Part shown: piece by piece, positions 10,965-23,004 of the stretch
Position numbering within the stretch: position 1 is the first letter of the stretch
Layout of the letters: the number at the start of each line of letters is the position of its first letter
DNA from: an uncultured Alphaproteobacteria bacterium
GTDB taxonomy: Bacteria > Pseudomonadota > Alphaproteobacteria > HIMB59 > GCA-002718135
Length of the DNA: 64,000 bases
Assembly: GCA_902616075.1 (NCBI GenBank)
Contig: CACMRK010000005.1
Span: forward strand, 16,236 to 80,235
Direction of reading: 5' to 3'
Program-made: the position numbers and the translations under genes
The notes under the pieces: generated by a model
The model's input: only the letters and a program-made list of their open reading frames with translations
Databases searched by the model: none
What the model was told of the DNA's origin: nothing

Positions 10965-11718
10965 AAAAATGTTTGTTACCGATTTCTTTTATTCCTTCTA
11001 ATGTCAAATGTTCCATATATATAGGTTTATAAATAATTTTATCCCTAAATATTTTACCTAGACCACCCGTAATATAGACTTTGGGCTTAAAGTTATTCTC
11101 CTTAATAATTTGCTTTAATATGCCATTAACTGCATGCAAATAACCAAAATAGAAACCTGATTGAATAGAAGCTGATGTATTATTATTAACAATTTTATTT
11201 GATTTTGAGATTTTTGAAGTTTTTATTAACTCAGCATTTTTTAAAAGTGTCTCCATTGAAAGATTTATACCTGGAAAAATTAATCCACCTAAATATTGAT
11301 TATTTTTAATGACATCGAAAGTAGTAGCTGTACCAAAGTCGAGAATTATACAGTCTTTGATTTTCTTACTATATACATAGGCATAGTTTGCTATTCGATC
11401 ACTCCCAATTTGATTTAAATTATAATTGATACTATTTCTAAATGATATTTTTTTGGGATTAATTACATAAAATTTGAATTTATTTTTTTGAAAAATATTT
11501 TTTAAAATTAAATTTAAAGAAGGTACAACAGAGGACAAGATACAAAATCTATCTTTAAGATTATTAATCAATTTTTTGTTAGATTTAAAAAATTTATTTA
11601 TTTCTTTTTTTGTAATATTGATTTTTTTTTCTGTTTTTAATCTAATAATTTTAATTAATTTATTTTTTGTATAAAAACCTATAACTATATTCGTATTACC
11701 TACATCTATAACAATCAT
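10957..11718 (-). CDS. coaX: type III pantothenate kinase
   Basis: IDVGNTN, GSDR, DFGTATTFD, GGLIFPG, TGG. Confidence 0.93.
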   Translation of the reverse strand: MIVIDVGNTNIVIGFYTKNKLIKIIRLKTEKKINITKKEINKFFKSNKKLINNLKDRFCILSSVVPSLNLILKNIFQKNKFKFYVINPKKISFRNSINYNLNQIGSDRIANYAYVYSKKIKDCIILDFGTATTFDVIKNNQYLGGLIFPGINLSMETLLKNAELIKTSKISKSNKIVNNNTSASIQSGFYFGYLHAVNGILKQIIKENNFKPKVYITGGLGKIFRDKIIYKPIYMEHLTLEGIKEIGNKHFYE

Positions 11719-12452
11719 TAAATTATTCTAGCATTATATATATTTTCAAAATTAATATTATTTTTTAAAGTGATTGAACCATCTGGGTTAAGATTATGAA
11801 ATATTCCTTGTTTTACATTTTGTTCATCAATTTTTAAATTAATGATACTTCCTAAATATAATAATCTACTTTTATATTCAGTCATAATTTTTTCGTGGTT
11901 ATTTAGCAGTTGTTTAAAATTTTTAAAATACTCTTCCATAATTTCATATACAAAATAAAAATTGTTAATTTCTTTATTGTATTTATTAATATTAGTTGTT
12001 GGATAATTTTCAATTTTTGGAGAAGATACTATATTAACTCCAAAACCAGTATTGATATATTTATCACTTTTGATACTAAATATTTCAGAAATTATTCCAG
12101 AAATTTTTTCTTTATTAATTAAAATATCATTTGGCCATTTAATTTGAGTTTTAACATTACAAATATTTTCAATCACAGAACAGATCATATTAGTAATAAA
12201 AGCATTATTTAAAAAATGATTTTCTATTGGCAATATATTTTTAGATAAAATAGAAATATAGACATTATTTTTTGGACTTTCCCAAGTTGTGCCTCGTCTT
12301 CCAAATCCTTTTTTTTGTTCATTTGCCATCAAACATATATCTCTATTATCAATAAGTTTTTTAACCTCTGACATTGTAGAGTCTACAGATTCAATAAAAT
12401 GAAAATCAAAATTGTTTTTATCTAATAGATTTTTAATTTTATCTAATGACAT
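11718..12452 (-). CDS. birA: biotin--protein ligase (no HTH domain)
   Basis: DSTM, Q..GFGRRG..WESP, KWPND, KISGI. Confidence 0.92.
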   Translation of the reverse strand: MSLDKIKNLLDKNNFDFHFIESVDSTMSEVKKLIDNRDICLMANEQKKGFGRRGTTWESPKNNVYISILSKNILPIENHFLNNAFITNMICSVIENICNVKTQIKWPNDILINKEKISGIISEIFSIKSDKYINTGFGVNIVSSPKIENYPTTNINKYNKEINNFYFVYEIMEEYFKNFKQLLNNHEKIMTEYKSRLLYLGSIINLKIDEQNVKQGIFHNLNPDGSITLKNNINFENIYNARII

Positions 12453-12455
12453 TAA

Positions 12456-13892
12456 TCAAATGGTCAAACTTGCTGATATATTAATCAATAAAGACGGGTA
12501 AAATATAAAACAAATAATTACAAACAAACTTAAGGACAGAATAATTTTTGATTGAAAAGAAATTTGAAAATTAATTATTCCTTCACTTATACTTTCATCA
12601 AAATACATTATCTTAATAATTCTTAAATAATAAAAAGCAGAAATAACACTAGCTAGGACGCCAAGAACTGAAAGCACATATAATTCTTGTTCAATTGCAG
12701 CAATGAAAACATAAAACTTTCCAAAAAATCCTATAAAGGGTGGGATGCCGGCCATAGATAGCATTATTATTGAAATAGAAAGACTAACGATTGGATTACT
12801 TTTACTTAACCCTTTTAAATCACTTATATTAATTAAATATTCATTTTTAACTTTTAACGAAAGTAAAATAGCAAAAATAGCAACATTCATTATCATGTAT
12901 GAAAACATATAAATTGATGCTGCTTTAATTCCATCATCATTTGCGGCAACTAAAGCTATTAAGATATAACCTATATGTCCAATAGAACTATAAGCTAATA
13001 ATCTTTTGATATTTGACTGTGCTATAGCCGCTATAGCTCCAAGAAACATTGAGGCTATTGATAAAAATAAAATTATTTGACTCCATTCTAAGTAAAAATT
13101 TTCAAATGGAACTAAGCAAAAACGATAAATTAAAGCTACTGCAGCAATCTTAGGGACAATAGCAAAAAAACCTGTAATTGAGTTTGGAGCCCCTTCATAA
13201 ACATCAGGAGTCCACATATGGAAAGGTACGGCTGAAACCTTAAAAGCCAAGCCTACCATCACAAATACAAGCCCAAATATTAGACCTAAATTTAAATTAT
13301 CATATTTTGATAAATAGAAACTTATCTCATTAAAATTCATTGAACCAGTAAATCCATAAATTAAGGAGAAGCCGTATAAAAGTATACCCGAAGACAATGC
13401 TCCTAAAATAAAGTATTTTACTCCTGACTCAGCTGATGAGATTGAATCTCTTTTTATTGCTGCAGCAACGTATAGAGATAAACTTTGAAGTTCTATTGCT
13501 AGATACATGGACATAAGATTATTTGAAGCAATCATTAACATCATACCAAGTGTAGAAAATAAAAATAAAACAGGAATTTCAAAGTTTTTAAGCTTAATGC
13601 CTAAGAAATAATCTTTAGAAATGATGATACTAGCTATAGATCCTAATAGAGCTAAAATTTTAAAAAAATTTATAAAAGAAGAGTGACTAAATAAACTTTT
13701 ATAATTTGCAAAATTTGATTCACTATCATAGTAAACAAGCAAAATGGTTAATAATAAAACGAAAACTGCTAGATTGGAAGTTTGTCTAAATGCATTCTTT
13801 TTTAAAAAAAGCCCAAAAAGTAAGCAAACAAAAGAAGAGCATGCTAAAAAAATTTCGGGTATAAAAAAAATATTGTAAATATTATTTAGCAT
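12456..13892 (-). CDS. nuoN: NADH-quinone oxidoreductase subunit N
   Basis: FKVSAVPFHMWTPDVYEGAP; operon position. Confidence 0.97.
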   Translation of the reverse strand: MLNNIYNIFFIPEIFLACSSFVCLLFGLFLKKNAFRQTSNLAVFVLLLTILLVYYDSESNFANYKSLFSHSSFINFFKILALLGSIASIIISKDYFLGIKLKNFEIPVLFLFSTLGMMLMIASNNLMSMYLAIELQSLSLYVAAAIKRDSISSAESGVKYFILGALSSGILLYGFSLIYGFTGSMNFNEISFYLSKYDNLNLGLIFGLVFVMVGLAFKVSAVPFHMWTPDVYEGAPNSITGFFAIVPKIAAVALIYRFCLVPFENFYLEWSQIILFLSIASMFLGAIAAIAQSNIKRLLAYSSIGHIGYILIALVAANDDGIKAASIYMFSYMIMNVAIFAILLSLKVKNEYLINISDLKGLSKSNPIVSLSISIIMLSMAGIPPFIGFFGKFYVFIAAIEQELYVLSVLGVLASVISAFYYLRIIKIMYFDESISEGIINFQISFQSKIILSLSLFVIICFIFYPSLLINISASLTI

Positions 13893-15366
13893 TGGCTATT
13901 TCATAGTTTGTTATAATCAGTTCAAGTGATAATCTCATAGGATCTAAAAATAGATTTGGAAATATACCTAGTAATATTACTGAAATTGCTAAAGGAATTA
14001 ATATGATTTTCTCTCTTGTGTTTATATCTAAAATATCTGCAAGTTTATTATTAGTTATGGTGCCAAAAATAATTCTTTTATAAAGGTATAGCATGTAAAC
14101 AGCGGATAATATTATTCCAAAAGCCGCGCCAATAACAACATAACTTGAAAATTTAAATGCGCCAACAATGACTAAAAATTCTCCAATAAAACCACTAGTT
14201 CCAGGCAATCCAACTGATCCCAGCATAAAAATCATGAATACTGTTGCATAAAGTGGCATTCTTTGAACTAATCCTCCGTAAAATTCAATTTCTCTAGTAT
14301 GCATTCGATCATAAATAACACCAACACATAAAAATAAAGCTGCTGAAACTAGTCCATGACTAATCATTTGCATCATTGCTCCTTCTAAGCCTTGTTGATT
14401 CACTAAGAAAATTCCAATTGTTACAATTCCCATATGAGCAACAGATGAATATGCAATTAGTTTTTTAATATCAGTTTGTGCTAGTGCTACTAAGGAAGTG
14501 TATACTATGGCAACTATACTTAATGTCATAATTAAAGGAATAAAAAACTCTGTTGCTTCTGGAAGCATGCCTAAAGAGAAACGGATAAAACCATATCCAC
14601 CCATTTTTAAAAGTACTCCTGCTAAAATAACAGATCCAGCTGTTGGAGCTTCAACATGGGCATCGGGCAACCATGTATGAAACGGCCACATAGGAATTTT
14701 AACTGCAAAGGAAGCAAAGAAGGCGAGCCATAGAAACAACTGAGTATTATAGGAAAAATAGTTACCTTGTAAGAATTCAATACTCATTGAACTTGTATTT
14801 CTGTACATCACAATAATAGCAATCAACATGAGTACTGACCCCAAAAGAGTGTAGAGAAAGAATTTAAAAGAAGCATAGATTCTTCTATTACCTCCCCATA
14901 TACCTATGATTAGATACATTGGTATTAATACAGCTTCAAAAAAAATATAAAATAAAAGTATGTCTATAGAAGCAAACATTCCAATCATTACAGTCTCTAA
15001 AAATAAAAAAGAAAGCATGTATTCCTTGACTCTTTTTTTTATATTATTCCAACTAGCTAAAATACAAAGTGGGGTCAAAAATGTACTTAGTAAAATCATA
15101 AAAAGTGAGATACCGTCAACTCCAACATGGTAGAAGAAATTAAAATCATCAAACCATCTAAATTTTTCTTCATATTGATAAGACGGATTGGAATAATCAA
15201 ATTGTAACCATAGTATTAAACTTAAAATAAATGTTCCTAATGTTGCTAGTAAAGCAGCCCATTTAATATTAATTGATGTTAATTCATCTTCTTTAATAAA
15301 AAGAATAATTAAAGCACCAATTAAAGGTAAAAAAATTATTACTGATACTAATGGCCAGTCAATCAT
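13882..15366 (-). CDS. nuoM: NADH-quinone oxidoreductase subunit M
   Basis: KIPMWPFHTWLPDAHVEAPTAGS. Confidence 0.97.
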   Translation of the reverse strand: MIDWPLVSVIIFLPLIGALIILFIKEDELTSINIKWAALLATLGTFILSLILWLQFDYSNPSYQYEEKFRWFDDFNFFYHVGVDGISLFMILLSTFLTPLCILASWNNIKKRVKEYMLSFLFLETVMIGMFASIDILLFYIFFEAVLIPMYLIIGIWGGNRRIYASFKFFLYTLLGSVLMLIAIIVMYRNTSSMSIEFLQGNYFSYNTQLFLWLAFFASFAVKIPMWPFHTWLPDAHVEAPTAGSVILAGVLLKMGGYGFIRFSLGMLPEATEFFIPLIMTLSIVAIVYTSLVALAQTDIKKLIAYSSVAHMGIVTIGIFLVNQQGLEGAMMQMISHGLVSAALFLCVGVIYDRMHTREIEFYGGLVQRMPLYATVFMIFMLGSVGLPGTSGFIGEFLVIVGAFKFSSYVVIGAAFGIILSAVYMLYLYKRIIFGTITNNKLADILDINTREKIILIPLAISVILLGIFPNLFLDPMRLSLELIITNYEIANAK

Positions 15367-17274
15367 TTAGTAATATAAAAACCATGTTAAAATTATTACT
15401 AAGCCTCCAAGCATAGCAAAAGCATAATGAAACAAATACCCTGATTGAAACAAACTTACATAAGATGAAGATTTTGAAATAATCCAGGAGACCCCGTTTG
15501 GTCCTAAACCATCAATAGTTTTTTCATCTCCCTTTTTCCAGAAAAAGTTTGCCAATTTGAAAAAAGTTAAAACAAATACTTTATGATATAGCTCATCCAC
15601 ATACCATTTATTTTTAGAAAGAGAATATAAAGGATCTAAGTTATAGGAAAGATTTTTTGCTCTGTTTAAATTATTTGAATATATCAACACACAGACAAGG
15701 ATTCCAATTGCAACAGCCGATTTTGATATTAGTGATTGCGTAAGAGGAAGATATTTATGAGAACTTTCTGTTAATAATATTGCATTATCCCAAAATTCTT
15801 TTTTGTAATATCCAATAAAATAATCAGCAAAGAATATTCCAGAAAAAATAGAACCAGTTGCAAGAATAAATAATGGAACTGTCATAACTAAAGGTGATTC
15901 ATGGGCGTGATCATATGTTTTACTATTTGATCTATTTTCACCATGAAATGTTAGGAATAATAATCTCCATGAATAAAAAGCAGTAAGTAAAGCAGTTAAA
16001 ATACCTACTAAATATGCAAAGTATGCTATTCCATTTGAAGCATAGAAAGCATTTTCTAAAATACTTTCTTTTGAATAGTAACCAGATAGATAAGGGAAAC
16101 CAATAATTGCAAGAGATCCAATCCACATCATTGTAGCAGTAAAAGGTATTTTTTTATAAAGTCCCCCCATTTTTCTCATATCCTGTTCATGATGCATTGC
16201 GTGAATTACAGAACCTGCAGAAAGAAATAGAAGAGCTTTAAAAAAGGCATGAGTTGTTAAGTGAAATATTGATGCATTATAAGCGCCGACACCTGCTGCA
16301 AAAAACATATATCCTAATTGACTGCATGTTGAATATGCAATGACTCGTTTAATATCATTTTGCGTTAAGGCTATAGAGGCAGCAAAAATAGCTGTGGCCG
16401 CACCAATAAAAGTAATGAATAAATTAGTAAATGTCGCAAATTCATAAAGAGGACTCATTCTTGCAACTAAAAATACACCAGCAGTTACCATTGTTGCAGC
16501 ATGTATTAGTGCAGATACAGGAGTAGGCCCCTCCATAGCATCTGGCAACCAGGTGTGTAAACCTAATTGGGCAGATTTACCCATTGCACCTATGAATAAA
16601 AGAAAACATAAAAAATCTAAAGTTGGAAAACTGAAAGAAAGGAATTGCATTTGATGCTCACTAAATTGATCTACTTGTGAAAATATACTGTCGAAACTTA
16701 TCGTGCCAAAAATATAAAAAATTCCAGCAATTCCAATTGCGTATCCAAAATCTCCAACTCTGTTTACAACAAATGCTTTTATAGCAGCTTTATTTGCTGA
16801 ATCTTTATGGTGCCAAAAACCAATTAATAAATATGAGGCTAGCCCAACACCTTCCCAACCAAAGAACATTTGCAACAAGTTATTACTTGATACAAGAACA
16901 AGCATAAAAAAAGTAAATAAGCTTAGATAACCCATAAATCTTATTTTTGATGGATCTTCTTCCATATAGCCTATTGAATATAAATGAACACAAGCAGAAA
17001 CAGTTGTAACCACAATGAACATCACAGCAGTTAAAGTGTCTAATCTAATTGACCAATCAACAATAAAGTTTCCAGAAGTGATCCAGTTAAGAATAAAAAT
17101 TATTTCAGTTTCCTTATTATTAATAAACTGAATGAATATTATCCAAGAAAATAAAGTACAAAGAAAAAGGATTGAAGTTGTTGATATTTGATAAACCTTA
17201 TAGTTAAACTGTTTACCGAGTAAAAAACAAAAAAGAAAACCAAGTAGAGGTAAAAATATAATTGAGGTTGCCAT
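15367..17274 (-). CDS. nuoL: NADH-quinone oxidoreductase subunit L
   Basis: GKSAQLGLHTWLPDAMEGPTPVSALIHAATM. Confidence 0.97.
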   Translation of the reverse strand: MATSIIFLPLLGFLFCFLLGKQFNYKVYQISTTSILFLCTLFSWIIFIQFINNKETEIIFILNWITSGNFIVDWSIRLDTLTAVMFIVVTTVSACVHLYSIGYMEEDPSKIRFMGYLSLFTFFMLVLVSSNNLLQMFFGWEGVGLASYLLIGFWHHKDSANKAAIKAFVVNRVGDFGYAIGIAGIFYIFGTISFDSIFSQVDQFSEHQMQFLSFSFPTLDFLCFLLFIGAMGKSAQLGLHTWLPDAMEGPTPVSALIHAATMVTAGVFLVARMSPLYEFATFTNLFITFIGAATAIFAASIALTQNDIKRVIAYSTCSQLGYMFFAAGVGAYNASIFHLTTHAFFKALLFLSAGSVIHAMHHEQDMRKMGGLYKKIPFTATMMWIGSLAIIGFPYLSGYYSKESILENAFYASNGIAYFAYLVGILTALLTAFYSWRLLFLTFHGENRSNSKTYDHAHESPLVMTVPLFILATGSIFSGIFFADYFIGYYKKEFWDNAILLTESSHKYLPLTQSLISKSAVAIGILVCVLIYSNNLNRAKNLSYNLDPLYSLSKNKWYVDELYHKVFVLTFFKLANFFWKKGDEKTIDGLGPNGVSWIISKSSSYVSLFQSGYLFHYAFAMLGGLVIILTWFLYY

Positions 17275-17277
17275 CTA

Positions 17278-17583
17278 CTATCCCTTAAGCTGATTAATTT
17301 TATTTACTTCTATTGATCCTAAATTTCTAAAAAATACTACAAGTATGGCGAGTCCAATTGCTGCTTCCGCGGCTGCAACAGTAAGTGTAAGCATTGCGAA
17401 GATCTGCCCTGAAATATCATTAATATACGCTGAGAAAGCAATAAAATTAATATTTACCGACAATAAGATGAGTTCTATAGACATTAAAATTATAATTAAA
17501 TTTTTCTTATTTAAAAATATTCCTAAAACACCTAAGGTAAAAATAATTGCGCCAAGAAAAAGATAGTGTTCAAGAGTAATCAT
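17278..17583 (-). CDS. nuoK: NADH-quinone oxidoreductase subunit K
   Basis: [12 protein letters not shown]. Confidence 0.96.
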   Translation of the reverse strand: MITLEHYLFLGAIIFTLGVLGIFLNKKNLIIILMSIELILLSVNINFIAFSAYINDISGQIFAMLTLTVAAAEAAIGLAILVVFFRNLGSIEVNKINQLKG

Positions 17584-17586
17584 TAA

Positions 17587-18198
17587 TTAAATTCCTTCGC
17601 CTATTTTTACTTTTTTCTTTTCTATAGCTGTTGATGCATCAACTGTATTTTGAGAAACTATATTTTGCCTTTTAACACCACCTTTATCTCTTAATGTAAG
17701 TGTAATAGAGCCAATCATTGCGACTAATAAAATTATCCCACATATTTGAAATAAATAAAAATATTCAGTGTAGAGTATTTGCCCAATCATTTTTGTATTT
17801 TCCACTTCATTAACTATAGGTTGTAGTGGTGTTTGATTGTTATAAATATTAGACGATCTATCTGTTAAAAAAAGTATTCCAAGTTCAATTACTAGAACTA
17901 TACCTAATAATGCTCCAAAAGGTAAATATTGCAAAAAACCCTCTCTCAACTTTACAAAATTTATATCAAGCATCATTACAACAAATAGAAAGAGGACGGC
18001 AACAGCTCCAACGTACACAACGACAAGAATCATTGCCAAAAATTCAGCACCTAATAAAACAAAGAGTCCTGATGCGTTAACAAAGCTTAAAATTAAAAAC
18101 AAAACTGAATGAACTGGATTTTTTGCACTTATTACCATTAGAGCAGAAAGAACTGCAACAGATGAAAAAAGATAAAATGTTAATGAATAAATAATCAT
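17587..18198 (-). CDS. nuoJ: NADH-quinone oxidoreductase subunit J
   Basis: NPVHSVLFLI, VYVGAVAVLFLFVVMML. Confidence 0.96.
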   Translation of the reverse strand: MIIYSLTFYLFSSVAVLSALMVISAKNPVHSVLFLILSFVNASGLFVLLGAEFLAMILVVVYVGAVAVLFLFVVMMLDINFVKLREGFLQYLPFGALLGIVLVIELGILFLTDRSSNIYNNQTPLQPIVNEVENTKMIGQILYTEYFYLFQICGIILLVAMIGSITLTLRDKGGVKRQNIVSQNTVDASTAIEKKKVKIGEGI

Positions 18199-18200
18199 TC

Positions 18201-18680
18201 TTATCTATATTTTCTATCGAGATGAATATTTTGAGCAATTTCTTGCTCCCATCTATCTCCATTTTCTAAAAGTTTATCTTTATTATAAATTAATTCTTCT
18301 CTTGTTTCAGTGGCAAATTCAAAATTTGGTCCTTCTACTATCGCATCAACTGGGCAAGATTCTTGACATAAACCACAGTAAATACATTTAGTCATATCTA
18401 TATCATATCTTGTTGTTCTTCTGCTTCCATCCTCTCTTGGCTCTGCTTCAATTGTAATTGCCTGAGCAGGACATACTGCTTCACAAAGTTTACATGCGAT
18501 ACATCTCTCTTCCCCACTTGGATATCTTCTCAAAGCATGCTCGCCTCTAAAACGTGGGCTTAATGGACCTTTTTCGTGAGGATAATTTATTGTAACTTTA
18601 GATTTAAATATGTATTTGAAAGTTAAAAATAACCCTTGAAATAATTCAAATAAAGTAAAAGATTTAATTAATTTATACAT
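18201..18680 (-). CDS. nuoI: NADH-quinone oxidoreductase subunit I
   Basis: [12 protein letters not shown] and [12 protein letters not shown]; start moved to ATG at 18680. Confidence 0.97.
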   Translation of the reverse strand: MYKLIKSFTLFELFQGLFLTFKYIFKSKVTINYPHEKGPLSPRFRGEHALRRYPSGEERCIACKLCEAVCPAQAITIEAEPREDGSRRTTRYDIDMTKCIYCGLCQESCPVDAIVEGPNFEFATETREELIYNKDKLLENGDRWEQEIAQNIHLDRKYR

Positions 18681-18681
18681 A

Positions 18682-19683
18682 TTAATTTGGCAGCATGTCA
18701 AAATATACTAAAAAACCAGAAGTTGCCACAACCCAAAACAAAGAAAACGGTAGAAAAACTTTCCATCCAAGTCTCATTAACTGATCATATCTATATCTTG
18801 GGAAAGTTCCTCTAACCCAAATAAATAAAAATAATATAAATATTACTTTCACAGTAAACCAGATTACTCCAGGAACAACATTTAATGGGTATACATCAAA
18901 TGGAGGAAGCCATCCGCCTAAAAAAAGAATGACAGTCATAGAAGACATTAAAATCATACTCGCGTATTCACCTAAAAAAAATAATACAAATGAAGCAGAT
19001 GAATATTCAGTAAAAAATCCTGCAACAAGTGTTGATTCATCTTCAGGAAGATCAAAAGGTAATCTATTTGTTTCAGCTAACGCAGAAATAAAAAAAATAA
19101 TGAACATAGGTAATAATGGAATTGCAAACCATACAGTCTGCTGAGCTAAAACTATCTTTGATAAATTTAAAGAACCTACACATAATAATACTGTAATTAT
19201 TACAAATCCAATAGATACTTCATATGAAACCATTTGAGCAGCTGATCTTAATGCTCCTAGAAAAGGATATTGAGAGTTACTAGCCCATCCAGCCATTATT
19301 ATTCCGTATACTCCAAGAGATGATACTGCAAACAGATACATGATACCTACGTTAATATCAGAGACTACCCATCCTGGAGCAAAAGGTATTACTGCCCAAC
19401 CTGCTAAGCTAAGTACCATTGTTATTATGGGTGCTAAAATAAAAACAATTTTATTTGATCCACTAGGTATAATATTTTCTTTAGTAATAAGTTTTAATGC
19501 ATCAGCAAAGCTTTGTAATATACCAAAAGGCCCTACCATATTTGGACCTCTTCTTAATTGAATTAATGCTAAAACTTTTCTTTCAGCATAAACTAAAAAA
19601 GCTACAGATATTAAAACTGGCACAACAACAGCAAGTATTTGGGCAATGATTATTAACCCTGTAATTAATATATCATAAGTCAT
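18682..19683 (-). CDS. nuoH: NADH-quinone oxidoreductase subunit H
   Basis: [34 protein letters not shown]. Confidence 0.97.
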   Translation of the reverse strand: MTYDILITGLIIIAQILAVVVPVLISVAFLVYAERKVLALIQLRRGPNMVGPFGILQSFADALKLITKENIIPSGSNKIVFILAPIITMVLSLAGWAVIPFAPGWVVSDINVGIMYLFAVSSLGVYGIIMAGWASNSQYPFLGALRSAAQMVSYEVSIGFVIITVLLCVGSLNLSKIVLAQQTVWFAIPLLPMFIIFFISALAETNRLPFDLPEDESTLVAGFFTEYSSASFVLFFLGEYASMILMSSMTVILFLGGWLPPFDVYPLNVVPGVIWFTVKVIFILFLFIWVRGTFPRYRYDQLMRLGWKVFLPFSLFWVVATSGFLVYFDMLPN

Positions 19684-19690
19684 CTAATTA

Positions 19691-21730
19691 TTATGCTGCC
19701 TTATTTAAAATATCTTTAGTACATTTTGCCATTGTTTCAGAAGATCTAGAAATAGAATCATTCATATAAAAATTTTCAATGTTATATTTAATTTTAATAT
19801 TCTCAATTTTATTATTTTTAGCAAAAGTTATTTCGCCAATAGAATTAACTTCATTTAAGAGAGCAAATTGACTATAGGTACTTGTAAGCTCATTTCGAAG
19901 CTCCCCAAGATTATTAAAATTTAAATTTTTTTCAAATAAGTCACTTAAAACTCTAAAAATTTTCCACTCCTCTTTTGCTTCACCTATTGGATTATGACAC
20001 TTAGTTGTTTGAATAACTCTACCTTCTATATTCATATAAGTAGAACTTTTCTCAGTATATGCAGGGGTTGGTAAAATTATATCAGCTATAGATGCTGAAA
20101 CATCTCCATGATGACCAAGATAAACAACAAAAGCATTTTCAAATGTTGAAATATTTATCTCATCTAACCCCATTAAGAAAACTACAGGCTTTGTTTTATC
20201 AATATGTTTTTTTAATTGTTTATTGTAATCATTATCAAATTTTTTATTATAAAATTTCAAATCTAATGCTCCTACTCTAGAAATATCTTGGTTAAGAATA
20301 TTTAATGGATTTGTATTTTTATTTTTTTGAATTTTTTTCGCAATTAATCCTGCAGTTTCTAATATTTTTTTTCCATGATCATTATTTATTGCTGAAGTAC
20401 CTAATATTATAAGTGGGTTTTTTGCAGATTTTAAAACTTTATTGAATTCAGATTTATTATTAGATAATTTATTAAGGTAATCTAAAGAATCAGATAAATG
20501 ATGATAATCGTAAGTCAGATCTAATTTAGGACCTATAAGACCAATTTTGCAATTATTTTCAATATATGCCTTTCTAATTCTAGCATTAAGTACCGCTGCT
20601 TCCCATCTAGGGTTTGATCCGATTAAAAGAATAGCATCAGCCTTTTCAATTTCTTGAATTGTTGAATTAAATTTATAACTAGAAGATGAATTATCGATAA
20701 TTTGTGTATTATCAAATCTGCAATCATAGTTTTTTGATTTTAGTGAATTGCTAAATTTTTGTGCGGAATATAAAGTTTCAATATCGGTAAACTTACCAGA
20801 TAGGAATACAGTATTTTCTTTACCTCTTTTTGTAATTTCTTTTTTTATTAATTCAAATGCATTATCCCATGAAGATTTTTGGAGTTTTTTATTTGATTTA
20901 GTATATACATTATCCAATCTCTGACTTGAGAGTCCATCAACTGCAAATCTAGATTTATCACTTATCCATTCTTCATTGGTTTCTTCATTTATTCTAGGAA
21001 GAGCTCTTAAAACTTTTTTTCCTCTTGTATCAATCCTTATACTTGAGCCTATACCATCGAACACATCAAATGTTTCTGTCTTGGTTAGCTCCCATGGTCT
21101 AGATTTAAATGCATATGGTTTACTTGTTAAAGCACCTACGGGGCATAAATCAATTACATTTCCAGATAACTCTGACTCAATAGTTTTTTCTAAGTACGTC
21201 GTGATCTCAGCATTTTCACCTCTGCCAAGTAATCCTATATCATCAACACCCGCAACTTCTGTAGAAAACCTTACGCATCTTGTACAATGTATACATCTTG
21301 TCATAATTGTTTTGACAAGTGGTCCCATATTTTTATTTTGAACTGCTCTTTTGTTTTCTTCATATCTAGTTTTATCAAAACCATAATACATCGCTTGATC
21401 TTGAAGATCACATTCTCCTCCTTGATCACAAATAGGGCAATCCAATGGATGATTAATGAGAAGAAACTCCATTACACCTTTTCGAGCTTTTTTAACTGTT
21501 TCTGTTTTTGTTTTTATAACCATTCCATCTGCAGCTGGCATGGCACATGATGCAATAGGTTTTGGAGCTTTTTCCATTTCTACTAAACACATTCTACAGT
21601 TTCCTGCTATTGAGAGTTTTTCATGATAACAAAATCTTGGAATTTCAGTTCCTGCTTGTTCACAAGCTTGCATTACGGTCATGCCGTTTTCAAATTCGTA
21701 TTCTTTATTATCAATTGTTATCTTTGGCAC
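19691..21730 (-). CDS. nuoG: NADH-quinone oxidoreductase subunit G
   Basis: PRFCYH..AGNCRMCLVE, NHPLDCPICDQGGECDLQD, RCIHCTRC. Confidence 0.97.
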   Translation of the reverse strand: MPKITIDNKEYEFENGMTVMQACEQAGTEIPRFCYHEKLSIAGNCRMCLVEMEKAPKPIASCAMPAADGMVIKTKTETVKKARKGVMEFLLINHPLDCPICDQGGECDLQDQAMYYGFDKTRYEENKRAVQNKNMGPLVKTIMTRCIHCTRCVRFSTEVAGVDDIGLLGRGENAEITTYLEKTIESELSGNVIDLCPVGALTSKPYAFKSRPWELTKTETFDVFDGIGSSIRIDTRGKKVLRALPRINEETNEEWISDKSRFAVDGLSSQRLDNVYTKSNKKLQKSSWDNAFELIKKEITKRGKENTVFLSGKFTDIETLYSAQKFSNSLKSKNYDCRFDNTQIIDNSSSSYKFNSTIQEIEKADAILLIGSNPRWEAAVLNARIRKAYIENNCKIGLIGPKLDLTYDYHHLSDSLDYLNKLSNNKSEFNKVLKSAKNPLIILGTSAINNDHGKKILETAGLIAKKIQKNKNTNPLNILNQDISRVGALDLKFYNKKFDNDYNKQLKKHIDKTKPVVFLMGLDEINISTFENAFVVYLGHHGDVSASIADIILPTPAYTEKSSTYMNIEGRVIQTTKCHNPIGEAKEEWKIFRVLSDLFEKNLNFNNLGELRNELTSTYSQFALLNEVNSIGEITFAKNNKIENIKIKYNIENFYMNDSISRSSETMAKCTKDILNKAA

Positions 21731-23004
21731 TAGGCTACTCTTCTATTTCTTTCTTGAATTCTTTTTTCAATTTCAGGTCTAAAGTGTCTAAACAAACCTT
21801 GAATAGGCCACGCAGCAGCATCACCTAAGGCACAAATAGTATGACCTTCAATTTGCTTAGTCACATCTAAAATTTTATCAATATCTTGATGTTCAACATT
21901 TCCATGAACCATTTTTTCCATCATTCTGTACATCCATCCAGTACCTTCTCTGCAAGGTGTACATTGACCGCAGCTTTCATGTTTATAAAAATGTGATAAT
22001 CTAGCTATTGCTTCAACAATATCTGTTGATTTATTCATTACAATAACAGCAGCAGTTCCTAATCCACTTTGAACTTCTTTTAGGCTATCAAAATCCATTT
22101 TAACAGTATCGCAAATAGACTTAGGTAACAAAGGCACACTTGCACCTCCAGGAATTACAGCTAATAAATTTTCCCAACCACCAATTACACCACCTGCATG
22201 TTTTTCAATCAGTTCTTTTAATGGTATCCCCATTTCCTCTTCTACATTGCATGGGTTATTAACGTGTCCTGAAATACTAAAAATTTTTGTACCTGTATTG
22301 TTGGCACTTCCTAAGTCAGCGAACCATTTTGAACCACGTCTTAAAATAGTTGGTGAAACGGCAACTGTTTCAACATTTGTAACTGTTGTTGGACATCCAT
22401 ATAAACCTGCGCCAGCGGGAAACGGAGGTTTTAATCGAGGTTGGCCTTTTTTACCCTCTAAACTTTCAAGTAAAGCAGTTTCTTCACCACAAATATATGC
22501 TCCTGCTCCTCTATGAAGATAAATATCAAAATCCCACCCTGTACCACATGCATTTTTACCAATTAAATTATTTGCGTAGGCTTCATCTATTGCTTTTTGT
22601 AAATTAGAAGATTCAGAATAATATTCACCCCTTATATAAATATAACAAGTATGTGCATGCATAGCAAAGGCAGCAACTAAACAACCTTCTAAAAGAAGAT
22701 GTGGGTCGTTTCTCATAATCTCTCGATCTTTACATGTGCCTGGCTCTGACTCATCTGCATTAACAACTAGGTAATGATCTTTTCCAGAGTCTTTTGGCAT
22801 AAATGACCACTTTAGTCCGGCAGGGAAACCTGCTCCTCCCCTTCCTCTTAATTGACTATTTTTAATTTCCTCAACAATTTTTTCACTACCCATTTTAATA
22901 AGTTCTTTAGTATTTGACCAAATACCTCTTTTTTTGGCACCTTCTAATTTCCAGTCTTCAAAACCGTATAAATTTTTAAAAATTTTATCTTTTTCCTTAA
23001 GCAT
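21730..23004 (-). CDS. nuoF: NADH-quinone oxidoreductase subunit F
   Basis: [43 protein letters not shown]; start moved to ATG at 23004. Confidence 0.97.
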   Translation of the reverse strand: MLKEKDKIFKNLYGFEDWKLEGAKKRGIWSNTKELIKMGSEKIVEEIKNSQLRGRGGAGFPAGLKWSFMPKDSGKDHYLVVNADESEPGTCKDREIMRNDPHLLLEGCLVAAFAMHAHTCYIYIRGEYYSESSNLQKAIDEAYANNLIGKNACGTGWDFDIYLHRGAGAYICGEETALLESLEGKKGQPRLKPPFPAGAGLYGCPTTVTNVETVAVSPTILRRGSKWFADLGSANNTGTKIFSISGHVNNPCNVEEEMGIPLKELIEKHAGGVIGGWENLLAVIPGGASVPLLPKSICDTVKMDFDSLKEVQSGLGTAAVIVMNKSTDIVEAIARLSHFYKHESCGQCTPCREGTGWMYRMMEKMVHGNVEHQDIDKILDVTKQIEGHTICALGDAAAWPIQGLFRHFRPEIEKRIQERNRRVA